Shown: positions 30,245 to 40,904, numbered from the stretch's first letter. The stretch: DNA of 63,256 nucleotides from a virus (IMGVR_UViG_3300038621_000255:1-63256); one strand, 5' to 3'. Notes: generated by a model from the sequence alone, not told the origin. Translations and numbers: made by a program.

Positions 30245-31080
30245 CCTTTGCTAGTAGCTGGTCCTTGACTGTCGGGGTGTTCGTGGTCCATTGCAGTTAC
30301 CGTAGTTCCTTCAAGAGAGAAATCTCCTACGTCTTTGATATCAAGGGAATTCCCTTTGAAATCCCATTCCCACTGTCCTGGTCCACTACCACCACCACCC
30401 ATTACCAGAGTATGCCCGAAGGCATCCTTCAAAATCCAAAGCCCACCGGTCAGAGTCAAGCTAGCTCCTGCACCATCCGCGAACTGTATATAGGGGGCTT
30501 CAAAAGTAATCTCGGTTTGAGCGCTGTGCGTTTGTCGTTCGGCGGAGGAGTTTATCTCCGAATCCGCTTCTAGGGAAATATTGTTTCCAGCACTCTGACT
30601 GATATTGTTGCCCGCATCGTTGGCGATACTCTCATCGGCGTGGTGTTCCTGGTTTTTGGCTTCGGTACGGATTAAGCCGTTTGGAATTGATATCAATCGA
30701 AGATCGCCTTCGTGGTCGTAGTACTCTTGACTCCCGTCTGTATGCTCCCACCCGTAAAGGTCTGGATTCTCAAAGGGGGTTGGTTTTTGGTCGTTATAGT
30801 CGCATGCCATCCACATTCCCTTTGAGGATGACTGCGATAGAATCACAGTCCCTGTATCGCCAACAGCGGGGATCCAGTAGTGCTTGAATCCCTTAGCTTG
30901 CTGAAAGCCAATTCGCAACCAAGGGCTTTCCGTGCCCCATCCGGGAATTTGTGCCTTTACCCGGGCTTTCTCCGGATCGACTTTCACCACCTTAGCCCCT
31001 TGATACACCCGGGCACTGGAATCCTCACTTTGTGGTGAGATTGTCTTTCCTTTTTGCGAGAGGGGATTACCATTAGCCAT
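30238..31080 (-). CDS. Baseplate spike (gpV-like)
   Basis: ARVK..SPWL, WIPAVGD, C-terminal HEH. Confidence 0.85.
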   Translation of the reverse strand: MANGNPLSQKGKTISPQSEDSSARVYQGAKVVKVDPEKARVKAQIPGWGTESPWLRIGFQQAKGFKHYWIPAVGDTGTVILSQSSSKGMWMACDYNDQKPTPFENPDLYGWEHTDGSQEYYDHEGDLRLISIPNGLIRTEAKNQEHHADESIANDAGNNISQSAGNNISLEADSEINSSAERQTHSAQTEITFEAPYIQFADGAGASLTLTGGLWILKDAFGHTLVMGGGGSGPGQWEWDFKGNSLDIKDVGDFSLEGTTVTAMDHEHPDSQGPATSKGW

Positions 31081-32155
31081 TTTCTAATAAATCTAATCCT
31101 TCAATATCGAACGCAGAAGCAGCGACGGGCGACAGGATATCCGCCACCAAGGCTTCTTTAATTTCTAGATCTAGGATTTTTCTTGAGCTTATCTTAGTTT
31201 GGTAACCACTATTATTTAGTCTATGGGAAACACTTTTCACTTGATATTTTCCATCGAATACAGGTCCGGCATTCTTCAGTTGAAAATTAACTCCTGCTTG
31301 CCATTGGGGCGATCCAGATACCGAAAAATCTAAAGTAAATTTATCTTTATTTTTCTTCTTTAAAGTACTTTCCCCAATCTTTTTAGCTTGCTCTTTGCCC
31401 TCTAAATCTTGCTTGGTAATATCGAGAGATTGCCCGTTTTCTATCTTGTTGGTTCTAGCGGTGTGTACGATATTTTCCCCCGTATCCGCATTAGTGCCCT
31501 TCACTCGCACCGAACTCGCCACATCTTCCAGCTTCTCCCGGTGGCTGGGTTCCAGCAACATGTCTTCTAGGGTAATTTCAATGGCAGGTTGCTGCGATTC
31601 TAGATCGTCTTCGTCATGTACCACCAACTTATCGGTGTCCTCAACTTTCACGATTAGGTTGTGTTCGGATGCCAAATTTCTTAAGAATTCCAAGTCGGTT
31701 TTGTTATTTTGGTCTTTTCTTTTATATTCCACGGATGGAATTTCTCCTACGAGTTCCAAGTCGTTTTTTGAGGCGATATCCTGGAAAATTTCTCGCAAAT
31801 TTGTGTTCTCCCATGCTTTACTATTGCGCGATCGCAGTTGCTTGGAAGGTGGGGTGGAACTGCCCGATAAGGTGAGCTTGTTTATCAGATTGGATTTCAA
31901 GGAATCAACCTCAAAGGTTTTCGATTCGCTCATTTCCCCATCTTCGTAACCAAACTTAACCTCGAAAAGTTGCCCTGGTTTGGGGTAGAGGTCAGTTAGC
32001 CACCTGCGGTCGGGGCTAACGACCACCAGTTCCATTGAGTCGCTTTCGCCTTCCAGGTTTTCTTTAACCGACAAGCTCTGAAATTGCTGCCCACCGAGTA
32101 ACTCGTTAATATCTCTTCCATCAAAAATCACCTGGAAGGTTGGTTTAATTGCCAT
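31073..32155 (-). CDS. Baseplate hub / late control protein (gpD-like)
   Basis: ESDSMEL, Q..TDLEFL..LA, DGKYQVKSVSH...GYQT. Confidence 0.85.
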   Translation of the reverse strand: MAIKPTFQVIFDGRDINELLGGQQFQSLSVKENLEGESDSMELVVVSPDRRWLTDLYPKPGQLFEVKFGYEDGEMSESKTFEVDSLKSNLINKLTLSGSSTPPSKQLRSRNSKAWENTNLREIFQDIASKNDLELVGEIPSVEYKRKDQNNKTDLEFLRNLASEHNLIVKVEDTDKLVVHDEDDLESQQPAIEITLEDMLLEPSHREKLEDVASSVRVKGTNADTGENIVHTARTNKIENGQSLDITKQDLEGKEQAKKIGESTLKKKNKDKFTLDFSVSGSPQWQAGVNFQLKNAGPVFDGKYQVKSVSHRLNNSGYQTKISSRKILDLEIKEALVADILSPVAASAFDIEGLDLLENG

Positions 32156-32375
32156 TGGATACCCTCCAGGGTGGCTTCACCTTCGTAGTACTCTCCCTAT
32201 TCTGGAAGGCAGACAATTTGAGCCGCTGCCCTGGGGTCAAAGTTAAGGGGATTGTTAGCGTTTCGTTGGGCACTTGTGAATTCCTCCCCAGGATATCGCC
32301 AAGGGATTCCCCACTACGGTAGGCGAGTAGGTCGAGACGGTCGCTATGCCCGGTGGTATAAGTTCGTATTTTCAT
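32145..32375 (-). CDS. Tail protein X-like (LysM-like)
   Basis: YTT..DRLDLLAYR, PPW ending. Confidence 0.75.
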   Translation of the reverse strand: MKIRTYTTGHSDRLDLLAYRSGESLGDILGRNSQVPNETLTIPLTLTPGQRLKLSAFQNRESTTKVKPPWRVSNGN

Positions 32376-32377
32376 GA

Positions 32378-32848
32378 TTAAGGTAAAGAATTTTGCACGC
32401 GCGACCAGGGAGAATCAAAGTTGATTTCCTCTTGGTCCTGTTGTTGGTAATTTAGGGATGTGCTACCAGTTAGAGACACCTTAACTGATATTACGCTAAA
32501 AGCCTTGGTACGCCGGGAATTTTGCGTGGACAATTCCAACCAGAACCAACCATTTAAGATCTCTTTCTCTTGCCCCTCAATTATCCCGGAATAGCTTACC
32601 GGTACGATCTCCCCTCGCTGCTCAATCTCGCGAAGGGATGTTAGAATTGAATCGGGGATATCAGCACCTAAAAGATCCGAGTGCAGCCAGAGATCGATTC
32701 CCCATTTTGCCTCAGCGGTGCTTACTTTCTGCCACGCCGGTTGCGATTGCCATCTTTCGAGTTTTTTCCAACTATGATTTTCCGTGAATTTATCTACGGA
32801 ACTTACCGCCACCATAGGGATAGTGATTCCGGAAATTGTTAAAGCCAA
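32378..32848 (-). CDS. Tail protein (gpU-like)
   Basis: Synteny before gpX; GGAGG RBS before TTG. Confidence 0.55.
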   Translation of the reverse strand: MALTISGITIPMVAVSSVDKFTENHSWKKLERWQSQPAWQKVSTAEAKWGIDLWLHSDLLGADIPDSILTSLREIEQRGEIVPVSYSGIIEGQEKEILNGWFWLELSTQNSRRTKAFSVISVKVSLTGSTSLNYQQQDQEEINFDSPWSRVQNSLP

Positions 32849-33186
32849 TTGCCTCCTCGATCACAGATTTCATAACAGCAATAAATGACGCTTTTGGGGC
32901 TGTCGCAGCCCTGATTTCAATTTTATCAGGCTTTACCTTTTTGATCTATCAATTCGTATCTTTGAAAAATGAGGTTTCCTACTTGAAAAGAAAGACACAA
33001 GAGCTAGAAGGGTTTACGAAAGATACCCAGGAAAGTGTTCAGAACCTGAGCTACAATTTTACAAAATCCTCTAATCTCCCAGATGAGGTAAATCGGAATA
33101 CAAATAGAATAGAGAATCTAGAGCGCGAAACAACTAAATTGGGAATCTATATTGAGCAATTAAGAGAGGACAATGGCAAGAATTAA
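32836..33186 (+). CDS. Membrane protein with coiled coil (holin-like?)
   Basis: One hydrophobic segment then coiled coil; start uncertain. Confidence 0.5.
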   Translation: MLKPIASSITDFITAINDAFGAVAALISILSGFTFLIYQFVSLKNEVSYLKRKTQELEGFTKDTQESVQNLSYNFTKSSNLPDEVNRNTNRIENLERETTKLGIYIEQLREDNGKN

Positions 33187-34324
33187 CCTTCCTACCCTTG
33201 GCATAGACGGCAACGAACAATCCCAACCGGATGCTCAAGCGAACGCAGATTGGTTGAAAGCGGAATTCGAGAAGGCATCCCCAGGGAGAGAATTAAGGGA
33301 CGGTGACCCCGAATCAATCTTGCTCGATCTCCTTGCCTACGCTTACTCTTTGGGGCAAGAGGGGCAGAGTTTCGCAATCCGGCAAACCCTATTGCCTTAC
33401 GCACAAGGGGAATTTTTAGATCTTTTAGGACAACCCTTTGGCGCGGAAAGGTTGAAACCCACTAGTGCGCGAACCACTTTGGAATTTTCCTTGGTGCCCG
33501 GAAACGACCCCACCTTTGTGCCCGTGGGGGTGCGCGTGCGGTCGGCAAATGGTGAGGACGTGTTTTCGACTATTGAAAGCGGTACCGCAGAAGATGGCAC
33601 CCCAGTGCAATTGGTAGCCGAGGCATTACAGGAAGGAGAATCGGCGAATGGGTATGAAGTAGGAGAGATTAACCAGCTGATCGACCCACTAGCGGGGGTT
33701 TTGGTTTCTAATACCACTGAGAGTTCTGGGGGCAGCGATGGGGAGAGTGACGAGAATTTTCGTGCCCGTATCCCTAAGAAATTACTAGAAGCTGCACCAT
33801 CAACGAATGAGGGGTACGAAGCGATAGCGAAAAGCACCGACCAAAATATCCAAGCTGTATCGGCATTGGGTCCGAAGGAACGGGTAGATTGGGGACAGCC
33901 CCAGCGGTTGGGCGAGGTTGATGTTTATATCTTGGATAAAAACGGGTTACCTTCCCCCGAACTTCTGTCCAAAGTAGAGGACGAACTCTACAAGCCAAAG
34001 AATAGAATTATTGCGGATTTCGTACACGTGGAGGCACCAACCCAGGTATCGGCGAACTTGGAAATAAATATTGTGGTGGGAAAGGAGTTTGATAATTTGA
34101 CCGTGCGGGCGCAAGTAGAGGATGAAATGCAAAAATTAATTGAAGAGTGGCAAAACCAACTGGGCGGCGAAATCCTAGAGAGCGAGGCAATTTGTCAGGC
34201 GAAGGCTGTGGAAGGGGTGAGGGACGTAACGGCATCATTAACATCTTCCGAACCCCTACCCCTAGCACCTTGGAAATGGGCTGGCGACGTGACCCTACAA
34301 GTAGATTTACAAAGTAGTTTATGA
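33173..34324 (+). CDS. Baseplate protein J-like
   Basis: LPYAQGEFLDLLG, GGSDGESDENFRAR, GEVDVYIL. Confidence 0.92.
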   Translation: MARINLPTLGIDGNEQSQPDAQANADWLKAEFEKASPGRELRDGDPESILLDLLAYAYSLGQEGQSFAIRQTLLPYAQGEFLDLLGQPFGAERLKPTSARTTLEFSLVPGNDPTFVPVGVRVRSANGEDVFSTIESGTAEDGTPVQLVAEALQEGESANGYEVGEINQLIDPLAGVLVSNTTESSGGSDGESDENFRARIPKKLLEAAPSTNEGYEAIAKSTDQNIQAVSALGPKERVDWGQPQRLGEVDVYILDKNGLPSPELLSKVEDELYKPKNRIIADFVHVEAPTQVSANLEINIVVGKEFDNLTVRAQVEDEMQKLIEEWQNQLGGEILESEAICQAKAVEGVRDVTASLTSSEPLPLAPWKWAGDVTLQVDLQSSL

Positions 34325-35064
34325 TCCTAGAGAACATACCCGATTGGAAATGGCGTAGTTTGGTGCCAAACGGACTTCAGGGTTCGCCCAAAGCCGAAAT
34401 CTTTATTCAATTCCTCTTTTTATTTGAGCAAAACCCTGACCTGCGTTCTTTAATTTGGCAACGGTGGGATGAGGTCGATCGTACTGTACTACCCTATTTA
34501 ATCCAGTATTTTGCCCTGGATAACTTGGTAGATTGGGCTTCTTTGGGGGAAGAAGGGGTACGTGGTTTATTGAAGGAAGCTATTGAATGGCACCGACATC
34601 GGGGCACCCCTTACGCTTTGCATAAATACCTCGATTTGATTGGTGCCGAAGGGGAGCTAGAGGAATGGTGGCAGGGAGCATTTCAAGGGGAACCATATAC
34701 AGCGAAACTAAATTTGTGGGGTGACGAGGAAAAAAACCAAAACCTAGATTTTAGTTCCCAGGATCTAATCGAAAAAATAATCCGCGCAATTGATTTCGCG
34801 AAACCTGCTACAAGGGATATTGCGGTGCGGTTTGGTTATCGAATTGGCAACACCCCATCTGTTGCCACAACTGCCACTCCAACCCCATCGATTGATATTC
34901 CCGGGCAGCAGCACTTCACAAACCCATTAGGGCAAGCAGGGATTATTAGTACAACAACACCTACCTACATAGCCGAAATCCCCCAGGATTCGCCATCGTA
35001 TAAAATTTCTGCTAAAATTTTCCCAGTAGAGATAATTTCACCCTTAGTCTACCTAGATGTATAA
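34321..35064 (+). CDS. Baseplate/tail protein I-like
   Basis: LPYL, AIEWHRHRGT, LEEWW, KPA motifs. Confidence 0.85.
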   Translation: MILENIPDWKWRSLVPNGLQGSPKAEIFIQFLFLFEQNPDLRSLIWQRWDEVDRTVLPYLIQYFALDNLVDWASLGEEGVRGLLKEAIEWHRHRGTPYALHKYLDLIGAEGELEEWWQGAFQGEPYTAKLNLWGDEEKNQNLDFSSQDLIEKIIRAIDFAKPATRDIAVRFGYRIGNTPSVATTATPTPSIDIPGQQHFTNPLGQAGIISTTTPTYIAEIPQDSPSYKISAKIFPVEIISPLVYLDV

Positions 35065-36036
35065 ATGGCTGACGCGGCGATAATCACCCAAGCCGGGCTA
35101 GACGAACTAAATAATGCACAGCAAGCAGGGCTTGTCGTGCATTTAAAGGAGTTCGGTGTTGGGACGGTGAACTGGGAACCTACCGAGAATGCTACCCAAT
35201 TAAAGAGCGAGTTTGAAAGATTCCCGATTTCCCAATGGGAGGATACGGGGATCGGTGTAAAAAGGTTGGCAGGATCCTTAATCAATGTGGAAGATAGGTC
35301 TGTCACCTTTGCCAACGACCAAATCTACCCCATCCCTGCAAATGGGGAAACTAAGATTACTAACGAGGTGGTAAAAAGTAACGACGAAACCACCACCTAT
35401 ATGGGCGGCGGTACGGACTATACCCTCGATGCCGTTCGAGGTACTATCACCAGGAACACAAGTGGGGGGAACATTGCCGCCGGTGAGACGGTAAAGGTAT
35501 CCTACGACCTCTGGGGAGTCCCTCAAAGCGAAGAGCAACACGAGTTCCAAAGCGATGAGATTAATCTAAATATTTCCTTTCCTGAGGCGCGGAAACTGGT
35601 AATTACGGATTCATCAGGGGTTACTACTTACCAGGAAGGGGTGGATTATGATATCGACTTGAGGAGCTATCGGGTCGACCGTCTATCCGGGGGGAATATT
35701 GTCGCCGGCGAGACGGTATTGGTTTCATTTAATTACAACACCCCAGTGAATGAAATTGGGGTTTACACCGATACAGGCACCCTATTCTCGGTGTTTTCCC
35801 ACTTAGGTGCGGTATCTTTCAAAAGCACATTAATCCCAGCCCTACCAATCTCCCTACGCTTGCAATTGGTGGGGACACCGCTAGAAAACCTTGATGTTAC
35901 AATCGGATCGAGTCCAATTGCTTTAAATCTGCTTGAAAAGTCAATCACCTCTATGCAGGGGCGGATTCTTTCGCTGAACGCAGAGATTGTTAAGTTAAAA
36001 AACGAATTAGCAAAAAGCAATATATACGTAGATTAG
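35065..36036 (+). CDS. Tail fibre proximal protein
   Basis: IITQAGL, NEIGVYTDTGTLF like gpH N-terminal domain, with DYT/DYD inserts. Confidence 0.75.
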   Translation: MADAAIITQAGLDELNNAQQAGLVVHLKEFGVGTVNWEPTENATQLKSEFERFPISQWEDTGIGVKRLAGSLINVEDRSVTFANDQIYPIPANGETKITNEVVKSNDETTTYMGGGTDYTLDAVRGTITRNTSGGNIAAGETVKVSYDLWGVPQSEEQHEFQSDEINLNISFPEARKLVITDSSGVTTYQEGVDYDIDLRSYRVDRLSGGNIVAGETVLVSFNYNTPVNEIGVYTDTGTLFSVFSHLGAVSFKSTLIPALPISLRLQLVGTPLENLDVTIGSSPIALNLLEKSITSMQGRILSLNAEIVKLKNELAKSNIYVD

Positions 36037-36046
36037 AGGATAAATT

Positions 36047-38104
36047 ATGGCAACTATTAACAACACGCTATCAGACGTAAATAATGCTCTGGCCAGTCTG
36101 GAAACAGCTGTTAGTGGCAACCTATCGGCGGCATCGAACGCTCAGAAAATCAAGGGGTTCCCTGTTGCTGACTTATCGGCGATGCCCGATGGGGCGATCT
36201 TCCGGTATAACGCCACCTCGGGAGAAATTGAACCTCTAGAGGGATTGGGGGATTTCTCTGGTGCGCAAGATGGGGATTTATTAAAATGGAATTCTACCAA
36301 TAACAGGTTTGAGGTGGCGACACCATCGGATATCACATTCGCAGTTGAGGATCTAAGCAATACCCCTGATGTTTTAACTGGGAATGCAAATAGGTTACTT
36401 GTTCTAAATTCTGCTGAAAATTCTTTTCAATTTAGAAATTATTCGGGTTTATCCCTATCCGATTTTGAGATAAAAGAAAGCCAAAAGATCTTTCAACAAG
36501 AAAGGTTAACGTTCAATCCAGTTAATTTTTATAAAGATAAACCCCTTCTAGATTCCTACAATGATAGGGAGGACCAGAGCAAGATAGACTCTGTGAAAGC
36601 TTCGGTTCAAGGTGTAGATCCCACGACAGAGGCATTTAAGGTTCTAGCAATGAAGGCAAATTTTGGGAATATCTTGAATGAAAGTTTGGACTTTCATTTT
36701 GGGTATCAAAATGTTCTATTAAGCCAATCAACAGCATCCACTAGCGATGTATTTATACAATTCGATTTTAATTCCCTACAATCTTTTGGTTCCCTTGACG
36801 TGTTATCTCTTCAAAGTAATGATCGTTTCTATTACCAGCTAACAGAATTTGAAATTCGTACAATTGACGATGCTGGAAACGAAACTTTACAGAAAACAGT
36901 GTCAGTCCCTGGAGAATATGAAGAGAATATAACCCATAAAACCTTTGAACCCAGTACCGTAGTCACGGGGGTAAGATCGGTAAAGATTGTTTGTTTAAAT
37001 AGTGGGGAATTATTTAATAGGACACCAGGATTCCAAATATTCTCCCAAAAAGGGTTGAGTTCTATAAATAATTACCCTTATTCTCAAGAATTTAGAATGG
37101 AATCAGATAAATATCTGGTTAGTCCATTCCTATCAAACGGAAGCGATTTATACATCCTAAAACAAGATATAAGGGAGGATCAAAATGGGATTGTTTATAA
37201 ATGGAATTCTACAGAAAGGAAATGGGATCAGCTTCTTTCTGTAGAAACCCAAATGAAAAACAGCCTCGACACCCCAGTAACTTACAATAATACAACAGGG
37301 AATATTTATCACTCTGCAAATAATCCTCTCTATTATATTGATAAACAAGGTATGGTTGTGGTAGGGGAGAAACTTCTACACTCTTACCAAATTTTTGATT
37401 TATCTAACGCCTCAGATGGCAGCAGGTTATCTGTTTCAGGTGATACCAACCTATCTATCCCATTTGAAGGACAACTCCCTTATAAACACTCTGCCACGGA
37501 TGAGAGGGTGATCAGGTATGGCCGCGAAAGCTATACCCTAGATACTCTAAACGTACCTGGAAACGATCTAGCTAATGCTGATATTGGACCTATTATAACC
37601 CCTAAGGAAATCCCGGAACTACAAAATACAATGGGTCAGGGGTACATCTTCGATAATGAGAGAGAATTCTACTTACCCCTGGAATCTGCTGGTAAGATAC
37701 TCGTTATTTCCACTGTGGATCTATCCCTGCTCACACAGATATCGGTAGGGAATAGACCCCACCTTGTAAAAATAGATGAAACAAACGATATTGGCGTATC
37801 CCTGGAGGAGGAGGCGTTTACAACCTTCAATCCCTCCACAAAATCCGTGCTTTCCCAAGAGCAACTAGGGCAAGGAAGCATTAACGTCAAGAACTACCCT
37901 GTTGATATTAGTTTTAATCCCAACAACCAAGAAGCTTTGATCCTAGTCGCAGGCAGCAATAGGTTGCTGCATTATGACATGTCTACCACCACCTTCCTAG
38001 ACGAAACAAAGTTGGATTACACCCCTCGGCAATCTATCTTTTGGGAAGGTGAATACTTTATTCTGTCTGAAGAAGGAACAATCTACACAATAGGGGAGAT
38101 CTAA
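36047..38104 (+). CDS. Tail fibre / receptor-binding protein
   Basis: DGDLLKWN repeats, beta-propeller-like C-terminus, AT-richer sequence. Confidence 0.65.
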   Translation: MATINNTLSDVNNALASLETAVSGNLSAASNAQKIKGFPVADLSAMPDGAIFRYNATSGEIEPLEGLGDFSGAQDGDLLKWNSTNNRFEVATPSDITFAVEDLSNTPDVLTGNANRLLVLNSAENSFQFRNYSGLSLSDFEIKESQKIFQQERLTFNPVNFYKDKPLLDSYNDREDQSKIDSVKASVQGVDPTTEAFKVLAMKANFGNILNESLDFHFGYQNVLLSQSTASTSDVFIQFDFNSLQSFGSLDVLSLQSNDRFYYQLTEFEIRTIDDAGNETLQKTVSVPGEYEENITHKTFEPSTVVTGVRSVKIVCLNSGELFNRTPGFQIFSQKGLSSINNYPYSQEFRMESDKYLVSPFLSNGSDLYILKQDIREDQNGIVYKWNSTERKWDQLLSVETQMKNSLDTPVTYNNTTGNIYHSANNPLYYIDKQGMVVVGEKLLHSYQIFDLSNASDGSRLSVSGDTNLSIPFEGQLPYKHSATDERVIRYGRESYTLDTLNVPGNDLANADIGPIITPKEIPELQNTMGQGYIFDNEREFYLPLESAGKILVISTVDLSLLTQISVGNRPHLVKIDETNDIGVSLEEEAFTTFNPSTKSVLSQEQLGQGSINVKNYPVDISFNPNNQEALILVAGSNRLLHYDMSTTTFLDETKLDYTPRQSIFWEGEYFILSEEGTIYTIGEI

Positions 38105-38566
38105 ATGGGAACGAAATACCAAGTACAACCAAAATGGCTAATCGATAGGAAGGATGAAGGGGAGATTGTAACCCTACCCGAAGATATACAGGATCTGTTT
38201 GAAGATCCAGCGAAAAGAGAACAAGAACTATTGGATCGAGGGGCGATTTCTTCTACTATCGATATTTCCAAAATCCCTCCCGAATCGGTGGATTTTAAGA
38301 AATTAGAAGCAGAGGTGAAAGCCTCTGGAACATGGAATTCCGCTTATCAAAAAGCAAAAAATTCCAACACAATAAACACAGCCTACAGGGCAACGGTAGA
38401 AGCTGTGCGAGCGGGAAACGTAGAGGATCTATACTTCTTCGCTCAAGACCTAATCGACGTTGCCAACACGGAAGCCACTCCTTTTACAGCCTCCGAAATC
38501 CAATCTCTGAATGATGCTTTTGATGCCGCCGGCTTGGTGGGTAATTTAACCAATCCCAATGCCTAA
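38105..38566 (+). CDS. Hypothetical (fibre-associated) protein
   Basis: Coupled to fibre gene. Confidence 0.6.
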   Translation: MGTKYQVQPKWLIDRKDEGEIVTLPEDIQDLFEDPAKREQELLDRGAISSTIDISKIPPESVDFKKLEAEVKASGTWNSAYQKAKNSNTINTAYRATVEAVRAGNVEDLYFFAQDLIDVANTEATPFTASEIQSLNDAFDAAGLVGNLTNPNA

Positions 38567-40202
38567 CAATTTCAACCCCAAAGAAACTCTAGATTTCGGA
38601 CAACCCCTGGTAAAAAATGAGGTGGCACTCCCCGAAGATAAGCCCCGTGAGGGGGCAGCTGGCTATAGACTCTATGAAGAGTACGCCAGTCTGTTCAGGG
38701 ATTTAAAGCTTGCCCACGTGTGGCGGCAATTCAGCACCTCAATTGCCCAGCGCCCCCTGCGGGTAGTCTCGAATAGTGACAGCCAGCAAGATCGCCGGTT
38801 GGCGGAAATTGTTGGAGATACTTTTAAAGAACTGATAGGGGCGCAAGTAGTCGAAGATCTGTTGGGTGCAGAATTTTACGGGTGGTCGTTACTGAAACTG
38901 AAATGGGCTCGAATTGACGGGTTGGATTTACCGGTGCGGGCTTTGCCACAGGATATAACTTGGTATCGGTGGGTATATCGCCCTGGTGGAGGAGATCGTA
39001 AGGAACGATTTCCCTATGACTATTCCGGCGATTTTGAACTTCGCTCGATTGAGGGTGAGAAAGAGCTAAGGCGCTTTAACCGGTGGGAGAAGCATTTCGT
39101 AGAGCATACATCTAATTTCGCCCCACGTTTCACCCATTCGCCCCTCGGTAGAGGATGGGGTGAGCTTTTTTGGTGGTGGATTAAAGAGCTGAAACTAAAA
39201 AGCTTACAAGCTTGGAGTCAGCAAATCCAAGAGCATGGCTTACCGGTGGCAGCTCTAAAAGATTCCAATCCGGAGCAGGTGCCCATTATTGATGAAGAGC
39301 AACAAGCGCAATTTTGGAACTCAATCGAAGATGCTTTTGCAAACCGGGGTTTGGTGGATTTAAGCGGCAAGGGAATCCAGCTTGAGTACTTAAATCCACC
39401 CGGTAGCATCGACGCATCGCGCTTGCCGGAGTACATCGACAAATTGATTGCCCTTTTTGTACTCGGTCCCACTTTGGCGAGTGAAAGTGGGCACGTGGGG
39501 TCGCAAGCTCTAGGTACGGTACACCAGGAGCAAAGTGACAGAATTTTAAAGGACTCGGCAGATAAACTCAAACGCCCCTTGAGCCGTATTGCCAGCTGGA
39601 TTCGAGAGGCGAATAACATCCCGGGAGTACTCCCCCAGATTTATTTAGATTTCTCCAGTGAGGAAGATCTAGACAGGGAAATCGACCGGTGGTCAAAATT
39701 GGTGAATATAGGGTATCAGCCAACCCCGGAAAAGGTAGAGGAGGTGTTGGGCAAGGGATTTGCCCCGGTTAGCACAAGCTTCCTACAGGGTGAAGCCGGC
39801 GAGAGAGAACAAGAACGCAGGGAACGGCAAAACACACCCCGTGAATTCGCAGCTGCTGCCAAGGAAGTAGAGCCACCCCCGGAGTCACGACCGGAAAGCA
39901 TCAATTTCCTCACAAGGGCTGCAATTGATAGGCAAGCTGCCCCTCTGTTCGATGAATCGATCTCGCTTGTAAAACAGTTCCTAGAAGGTTTAGCAGAGGA
40001 ACGCCCCAACGCTAGCGATCAAGAGCTATTGCGATTAGCCCAAGCCCGATTGCCGGAAGTGTTTGAGGAGCTACCAAATGAAAAACTCGCGGAATTATTG
40101 GGGGCTGCGCTAACGGGTAGTAATATGGCTGGTAGAGACGACGCAAGGGAAGAACTAGACAAACAGGTCCGACGCGATCGCAGAGAGGAGGAAAGTGGTT
40201 GA
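38559..40202 (+). CDS. Portal protein (Mu gp29/DUF935-like)
   Basis: SPLGRG, HGLP, VLGPTL..GSQALGTVH. Confidence 0.88.
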   Translation: MPNNFNPKETLDFGQPLVKNEVALPEDKPREGAAGYRLYEEYASLFRDLKLAHVWRQFSTSIAQRPLRVVSNSDSQQDRRLAEIVGDTFKELIGAQVVEDLLGAEFYGWSLLKLKWARIDGLDLPVRALPQDITWYRWVYRPGGGDRKERFPYDYSGDFELRSIEGEKELRRFNRWEKHFVEHTSNFAPRFTHSPLGRGWGELFWWWIKELKLKSLQAWSQQIQEHGLPVAALKDSNPEQVPIIDEEQQAQFWNSIEDAFANRGLVDLSGKGIQLEYLNPPGSIDASRLPEYIDKLIALFVLGPTLASESGHVGSQALGTVHQEQSDRILKDSADKLKRPLSRIASWIREANNIPGVLPQIYLDFSSEEDLDREIDRWSKLVNIGYQPTPEKVEEVLGKGFAPVSTSFLQGEAGEREQERRERQNTPREFAAAAKEVEPPPESRPESINFLTRAAIDRQAAPLFDESISLVKQFLEGLAEERPNASDQELLRLAQARLPEVFEELPNEKLAELLGAALTGSNMAGRDDAREELDKQVRRDRREEESG

Positions 40203-40577
40203 CCGAATGGTATGCAGTTGGTATAATATAAAAAGACAGATGGATGTGGTACCATTTGTTGGAATTGATCATTTTTCTTCATTTTTGTTGTTTTCCTTAA
40301 TATAGCTTGTTTTTAGCTGTGGTTTGGCTGCAACCGAACTACATTTAACCAGTGGATGGCAGTCCACTGGTTAAATTTTTGGATGGTTCAAGATAAATGA
40401 GAAGGCACCCGTCGAAAAGATGGGTGCCTTCACGTTTTGATTTGGCTGCCACCAAACCAAAACTATATCCCCTTGAATGGTTGAATGGGAATACACAAAC
40501 TTATAAAGAGGTTAACACGATTATTTTAACACGAATTTCTTAATTTTAATACCAACCAACGAGAACCAAAAATAACC

Positions 40578-40904
40578 CTATTTATACACCTGGCGCTTCC
40601 TCAAATCAGCCCAGAGGCTAAAGGGAAGGCGTTCCCGAGCGAATGGAGTGCCGTTCTCGTCAATATACTCCAAAAACACCCCATTTTTCGCCCGGCTGAA
40701 ACTTAGCCGGAATTTCTCAATTCGTACCCGTTCCCAAGAGCCGTAACCGGGGTTGTACAACTCAAATTCTTCTACGCTGTGCTTTTGGAAGGGACGAACG
40801 AAGAATATCTTAAATGCCTCGGACCAGTAGCGGATTTGGTCTCGAAATGCTTCCTTAATTATACTCAAGGCTATCCCAGAAAGCAGAACCTTTTCAAAAT
40901 CCAC
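40578..40904 (-). CDS. Hypothetical protein
   Basis: Coupled ORF with N-terminal hydrophobic segment. Confidence 0.55.
   Translation of the reverse strand: MDFEKVLLSGIALSIIKEAFRDQIRYWSEAFKIFFVRPFQKHSVEEFELYNPGYGSWERVRIEKFRLSFSRAKNGVFLEYIDENGTPFARERLPFSLWADLRKRQVYK

Noticed and set aside
29818-32843. TTTAACA/TGTTAAA as invertase sites around the baseplate block
   Set aside because: Only 7 bp and AT-rich, one copy lies inside a gene, and no invertase is present
35065-38566. Diversity-generating retroelement or fibre shufflon
   Set aside because: No reverse transcriptase, template/variable repeat pair or recombinase seen
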